DNA from: Alphaproteobacteria bacterium
Lineage (GTDB): Bacteria; Pseudomonadota; Alphaproteobacteria; UBA6615
Length of the DNA: 64,000 nt
Assembly (NCBI GenBank): GCA_965222215.1
Contig: OZ244931.1
Location: 2,426,375 to 2,490,374 of the forward strand
Direction: 5' to 3'
This document shows, piece by piece, positions 59,686 through 64,000 of the stretch (positions are counted from its first letter, which is position 1; every line of letters begins with the position of its first letter). A program made the position numbers and the translations under genes. A model generated the notes under the pieces. It had not been told where the DNA came from. It saw nothing but the letters and a program-made list of their open reading frames with translations, and ran no database searches.

Positions 59686-61437
59686 CTATTTCGATTTCGC
59701 CGGAATGACCGGCAGCAGCAGATGCGACGGATGCTTCGGCCCGCAATGGATCGTGACATTCCCGCCGTAGACACGCGCGTTCCGGCCATCGTGGATGAAT
59801 GGCCCGACCCCCGTAAACTCGTTCTTCATGTTCGACAACTTCCCGCCGGACCCGCCCGGATAGACATAGTCCGTCCCGCGGACCGTCAGGCCGACGCGGT
59901 AACCCGGCGGCACGACGATGGAGGTCGGCCAGACCTCGACATCCAGCTCGTAGATTCGGCCCGGCTTGAGCGGCTGTTCCTCATCATGGGTGTGATGCGG
60001 CTTGTAGCGGCGTGACTTTTTCTTATCGAGTTTCCGGTGCGACGCCCGCAGCCAGCCCTGCGCAATCGGCGTGTGGGGATCGAGCGCGCCCTTGAAGGTG
60101 ACCTCCTTCAGGTCCGGCGCAAACAATCGCACCACCAGGAACAGGTCGGCGTCGCGCGTTTCCGAGGAAACGAAGAGTTTCGCCGCGAGCGGCCCCGTCA
60201 GCTCCATCGGCTTGTCGGATGCAGGCATCAGGAACGTCACCCCGTCGCCGAGCCCGGCATAGGTGATCTTCTGTTTCCGGGCCGGGGCTTTGGCGGCGAG
60301 CGCCCCGGTGGCCGGCTCCAGATAGGCCTTCGTCCACTTCGTGCGCTTGAGCGGCCATTCCTTTTCGGCACGCGGCACAAATTTCTCGCCCGGATGGCGG
60401 ATATTCAGCAGCGCTTTCGGCTGTTTCTTCCAGCCGGTGTCCTCGCCCTTCAGGAAATGCCCGAAAAAGCGCTTCTGCAGGTCGAGCCCGTAGTCCGTAT
60501 AGAATTCGGTCCAGTGCTCGCGGCCGTGCATCTCGAGCCACTTCTGCTTCGACGCCGCGTGGACGAACCCGTCGATATTGCCGCGCGGATGCAGGCCCTG
60601 TCCGCCCCAGTTGCCGGCCGAGAGGAACGGCACGTCGACCTGCGACCAGTCCGCCGAGCGCGCGCGATACCAGTCGTCGTCCAGCGTGCGGGTGCGCAAT
60701 TCCTTCGGCAGGTCCGCCCGGTTCTTCTTGAGTTGCGCGCGCGAGTATGTCGGCGGCCCGCAAACCAGGTCGCCGTGCACAACAGAACGCGGGCCGTTCT
60801 TACCCAACCCGTGCTGCACGGATTCCACCTGCTTGTCGTACCAGTTGGTCACAAAGGTCGAGAGAATGCCGCCGTGATAGTTGGAATCCCGGTAGTAGTC
60901 CCCCGCACCCTCCCAGACGCACATGGCGGCAAGGTGGGGCGGCTTGAGGCGCGCCACGTGCCACTGGTTGATCGCGTAATAGGAGATACCGTTCAGGCCG
61001 ACCTTGCCGGTCGACCAGGGCTGGGCCCCGGCCCATTCGATACAGTTGTAGAAATCCCGGGTCTCGCGCGGCGAGCGCACATCGACGACCCCCGGGGAGC
61101 GCCCCGAGCCGCGCGAATCCACCCGGATTACTACATACCCGTCGGGCACCCACTTCTCCGGGTCGACCACTTCCCAGTTGGCGTACTTGTTCGTCGTGCC
61201 CTGCGCCACTTCGGGGAAATTCTCGACCATGATGTTCCAGGCAGTCTCGTAACCCTCCTGGAACGACAGTCCCTTGGCGTAGGGGCCGTGGCTCATGATG
61301 ACCGGAAACTTACCTTTCCCTTTCGGTCTGAACACGTCGGCGCGCAGGACATTGCCGTCGTCCATCTCGATCGGCACATCCCACTCGATCCGCATCCCGT
61401 CGCGAACCTCACTACGGTACTGGCTGTCCTTCGCCAC
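59686..61437 (-). CDS. CocE/NonD-family hydrolase, paralog 2 (GTG start; alternative ATG at 61395)
   Basis: ~60% identity to paralog 1; 10-nt spacer to paralog 1. Confidence 0.75.
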   Translation of the reverse strand: MAKDSQYRSEVRDGMRIEWDVPIEMDDGNVLRADVFRPKGKGKFPVIMSHGPYAKGLSFQEGYETAWNIMVENFPEVAQGTTNKYANWEVVDPEKWVPDGYVVIRVDSRGSGRSPGVVDVRSPRETRDFYNCIEWAGAQPWSTGKVGLNGISYYAINQWHVARLKPPHLAAMCVWEGAGDYYRDSNYHGGILSTFVTNWYDKQVESVQHGLGKNGPRSVVHGDLVCGPPTYSRAQLKKNRADLPKELRTRTLDDDWYRARSADWSQVDVPFLSAGNWGGQGLHPRGNIDGFVHAASKQKWLEMHGREHWTEFYTDYGLDLQKRFFGHFLKGEDTGWKKQPKALLNIRHPGEKFVPRAEKEWPLKRTKWTKAYLEPATGALAAKAPARKQKITYAGLGDGVTFLMPASDKPMELTGPLAAKLFVSSETRDADLFLVVRLFAPDLKEVTFKGALDPHTPIAQGWLRASHRKLDKKKSRRYKPHHTHDEEQPLKPGRIYELDVEVWPTSIVVPPGYRVGLTVRGTDYVYPGGSGGKLSNMKNEFTGVGPFIHDGRNARVYGGNVTIHCGPKHPSHLLLPVIPAKSK

Positions 61438-61453
61438 GCACGAACTCCCCTTG

Positions 61454-63223
61454 CTACTTGGCCGGAATAACCGGCAGCAGCACGTAGCCGGCATGATCCG
61501 GGCCCACATGCACCGTGATGTTGTTGTCGAAGACATCCGCCGGGCGGTTGACCGGATCGTCGTGCAGGAACGGCCCGACGCCGGTGAACGCGTTCTTCAT
61601 GTTCGACAGGCCGGCGTTCACATCCCCCGGAAAGACATAGTCGCAGCCCTTGATCGAGAGCGCGAAACGGTAGCCCTTCGGCACCACGATGCCGGAGGCG
61701 TGAATCTCGACATCCAGCTCGTAGACCTTGCCCGGCGTCAGTTCCTCCGCTTCGTCATGGGGGTGGAACGGCGCGCCTTCCTCTGACCGGTCGGGGTCGA
61801 GCTTGCGGTGCGACGCCCGCAGCCAACCCGACGCGACTGGGGTGTGCGGATCGAGCGCGCCTCGGAAGGTCACTTCCTTCATGTGCGGTTCGAACACCCG
61901 CAGGATGACGAAAATGTCTGCGTCCTTCGTGTTCGACGAGATGTTCAGCTTCACCGCCATCGGCCCGCAGATTTCCATGTCGTCGGCGACCGGCTCGGAC
62001 AGGAAGGTCAGACCGTCGCCCATCGCCGCGAAGGTGATCGCACCGGTGTTCGACGTCGGGGCGTCGGCCAGAATCTGGCCCTTCGGCTCGAAGTGGAACT
62101 TCGTCCAGTCGATGCGCGGGATCGGCCAGTCATCCTCGCCTCGCGGCACGAACTTCTCGCCGGGATGGCGGACCTGAAGCTGAACGCGCGGCTCATCCGG
62201 CCAGGCGGACTCATCGTCGCGCAGGAACCGTTCGAAGAAACGCATCTGCAGGTCGTTGCCGTAATCTGTGTAGTAGAGCGACCAGTGCTCCAGCCCATGC
62301 ACCTCCAGCCACTTGTGCTTCGAGGCAGCGTGCTTGAAGCCGTTGAAGTTGCCCCGCGGGTGAAGCGGCGCGCCGCCCCAGTTGGCGCAACTCAGGACCG
62401 GCACCTCGACCTTCGACAGATCCGGCGTCAGCGCCGCGTACCACTCGTCGTCGAAGGGGTGGGAAATGTAGGACTGGTAGAGATCGTAACGGTTCGCGAC
62501 CAGTTCCTCGTCCGCGAGTGTGACCGGACCCGCAGCCAGTTCACCGTTGGCGCGCGACGCCCAGCCGCGGTCGCCATAGCCGTGCTGGATCTTCAGGATC
62601 TGCATGTCGTACCAGTGCCGCGCGAAGGTCGTGTAGATACCGCCCTGATAGGAGAGCTCGCGGTAGAAGTCGTTGAAGCCTTCCCATGGGCAGATCGCCG
62701 CCAGGTGCTTGGGCTGCAACGCCGCCACCTGCCACTGGTTGACCGCGTAGTAGGAAATGCCGGACAGGCCGACCTTGCCGTTCGACCAGGGCTGGACGCC
62801 GGCCCAGTCGATGCACGCGGCGAAGTCCCGGGTCTCTCGCGGGCTCCAGTGCTCCAGATAGCCGGGCGAGCGGCCGGCACCGCGCGAGTCCACGCGGATC
62901 ACGACGAAGCCCTTCGGCACCCACTTCTCGGGGTCACAGACTTCCCAGCTCTGGTGGATGTTCGTCGATCCCGCCGGCACGTCCGGGTGGTTCTCGCACA
63001 TCAGGTCCCAGCAGGTTTTGTAGATCTCCTCGAAATGGAGGTCCTTGCCGTAGGGGCCGTGGGACATGACGACTGGATACTGGCCGTCATCGTCGGGCCG
63101 GTAGACATTCGCGCGCAGCACGATGCCGTCGTCCATCTCGATCGGCACGTCCCAGTCGACACGCATGCCCTCGCGGACCTCGGTCTTGAAGATCGGGTCG
63201 CCCTCGTATCGGATGTCGTCCAT
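61454..63223 (-). CDS. CocE/NonD-family hydrolase, paralog 3
   Basis: 589 aa; same conserved blocks (DWDVPIEMDDG, RVDSRGAGRS, GISYYA, WLRASHRKLD). Confidence 0.8.
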   Translation of the reverse strand: MDDIRYEGDPIFKTEVREGMRVDWDVPIEMDDGIVLRANVYRPDDDGQYPVVMSHGPYGKDLHFEEIYKTCWDLMCENHPDVPAGSTNIHQSWEVCDPEKWVPKGFVVIRVDSRGAGRSPGYLEHWSPRETRDFAACIDWAGVQPWSNGKVGLSGISYYAVNQWQVAALQPKHLAAICPWEGFNDFYRELSYQGGIYTTFARHWYDMQILKIQHGYGDRGWASRANGELAAGPVTLADEELVANRYDLYQSYISHPFDDEWYAALTPDLSKVEVPVLSCANWGGAPLHPRGNFNGFKHAASKHKWLEVHGLEHWSLYYTDYGNDLQMRFFERFLRDDESAWPDEPRVQLQVRHPGEKFVPRGEDDWPIPRIDWTKFHFEPKGQILADAPTSNTGAITFAAMGDGLTFLSEPVADDMEICGPMAVKLNISSNTKDADIFVILRVFEPHMKEVTFRGALDPHTPVASGWLRASHRKLDPDRSEEGAPFHPHDEAEELTPGKVYELDVEIHASGIVVPKGYRFALSIKGCDYVFPGDVNAGLSNMKNAFTGVGPFLHDDPVNRPADVFDNNITVHVGPDHAGYVLLPVIPAK

Positions 63224-63270
63224 TGTGGTTCCTCCCCGGTAGAGTCGTTCGCACGCCCTCTCGCTCGGAC

Positions 63271-63356
63271 GTCATTGCGAGCGGAGCGAAGCAATCCAGA
63301 GCCGAGCGAAACTGGATTGCTTCGTCGCTACGCGCCTCGCAATGACAGCGGCTCAA
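63271..63356. repeat. REP/MITE-like palindromic repeat, copy 6
   Basis: 'gtcattgcgagcggagcgaagcaatccagagccgagcgaaactggattgcttcgtcgctacgcgcctcgcaatgac'. Confidence 0.7.
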
Positions 63357-63366
63357 GCGAGCCGCG

Positions 63367-64000
63367 TTACTTCTTGCCGCGTCCCTTCTTTTCGGGGATC
63401 ACCGGCAACATCACAAAGGCCTGTTCTTTCGGCCCGGTATGCAACGTCACGTCGCCGCCGAAAATATGCGCCGGCCGGTCGCGCGGGTCGTCGTGGCGGA
63501 AGATCGCCACGCCGGTCCAGTTCGCATACTCACCCAGGTCGGTATTGGAATCGCCCGGATAGACATAGTCGTTGCCGCGCACCGACAGCGCCAGACGATA
63601 GCCCTTCGGCACATGGATGCAGGTCGGCCAGACCTCGACATCGACCTCGTAGGTCTTGCCGGGATCGAGCGGCTGCTCCTCGTCATGGGTGTGATACGGC
63701 CGGTAGGGCAGCGTTTTCTTCTCGTCCAGCTTGCGGTGCGAGCAGCGCAGCCAGCCCTGGGCGATCGGGGTGTGCGGGTCGAGCGCGCCCTGGAAGGTCA
63801 CTTCCTTCATGTCGGGCCCGAAGACACGAACCACGAGGAACAGGTCGGCATCCTCGGTCGCCGAGGAGACGAAGAGCTTGGACGCGATCGGCCCCGTGAT
63901 CTCCATGTCCTCTTCGAGCGGCGGGGTCATGAAGGTCACGCCGTCGGAGAACCCGCCATACGTAACCTCGCCCTTCTTTTTCTGGGGCGTGGTCGACATG
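63367..64000 (-). CDS. CocE/NonD-family hydrolase, paralog 4 (C-terminal part only; gene runs off the window)
   Basis: C-terminal beta-sandwich region alignable to paralogs 1-3 (FVSSATEDADLFLVVRVFGPDMKEVTFQGALDPHTP..., WLRCSHRKLD). Confidence 0.75.
   Translation of the reverse strand, partial: MSTTPQKKKGEVTYGGFSDGVTFMTPPLEEDMEITGPIASKLFVSSATEDADLFLVVRVFGPDMKEVTFQGALDPHTPIAQGWLRCSHRKLDEKKTLPYRPYHTHDEEQPLDPGKTYEVDVEVWPTCIHVPKGYRLALSVRGNDYVYPGDSNTDLGEYANWTGVAIFRHDDPRDRPAHIFGGDVTLHTGPKEQAFVMLPVIPEKKGRGKK

Noticed and set aside
598-63356. Possibility that the dispersed palindromic repeats represent a CRISPR array
   Set aside because: Copies are tens of kb apart and imperfect, with variable cores. 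There is no regular repeat-spacer periodicity and no cas genes.
1-64000. Search for a mobile element or defence island (integrase, transposase, restriction-modification, toxin-antitoxin, phage genes, tRNA insertion site)
   Set aside because: No ORF with recombinase, transposase, restriction-modification, abortive-infection or toxin-antitoxin signatures was recognisable, and no tRNA-like sequence was found. The window reads as core or accessory metabolic chromosome.

Overview
High-GC window that reads like an alphaproteobacterial chromosome segment, densely packed with metabolic genes. I found no rRNA, tRNA, CRISPR array, integrase, transposase or phage gene. Contents in order: (i) a small block with a cupin, two tandem Asp/Glu-racemase-superfamily paralogs, a VOC protein, GDP-fucose synthase, a DUF1223 protein, a cytochrome c' plus a di-haem cytochrome c, and DUF1330. 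(ii) A tightly packed sulfur-handling locus: TusA-like translationally coupled to mtnA, divergent from an 8-gene operon (rhodanese, TauE/SafE permease, a TIGR02186-like protein, UspA, a three-subunit cytoplasm-facing molybdopterin oxidoreductase best explained as SoeABC-type sulfite dehydrogenase, and a PfkB kinase). (iii) A ~40-kb catabolic island: mmsA, flavin reductase, two hydantoinase A/B (HyuA/HyuB) pairs (one HyuB carries a fused C-terminal Cys-rich domain resembling the acetone carboxylase gamma subunit), ald with a divergent Lrp regulator, an aminoglycoside-phosphotransferase (APH)-like kinase coupled to an acyl-CoA dehydrogenase, several beta-oxidation-type enzymes, two amidohydrolase-2 enzymes, a TRAP transporter with two tandem solute-binding proteins, and a TetR-controlled CoA ligase, acyl-CoA dehydrogenase and hydratase operon. 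(iv) hmgA followed by a tandem array of four CocE/NonD-family hydrolase paralogs. Six copies of a ~90-bp imperfect palindromic (REP/MITE-like) repeat are scattered through the intergenic spaces, and several conserved palindromic operator candidates are visible. Many long antisense ORFs in the six-frame track are GC-driven shadow ORFs and are not reported as genes. Starts were set by codon arithmetic from the ORF track, with SD-like sequences where visible. The track reports GTG/TTG starts as M. Coordinates of non-coding elements are approximate to about 1-2 nt.
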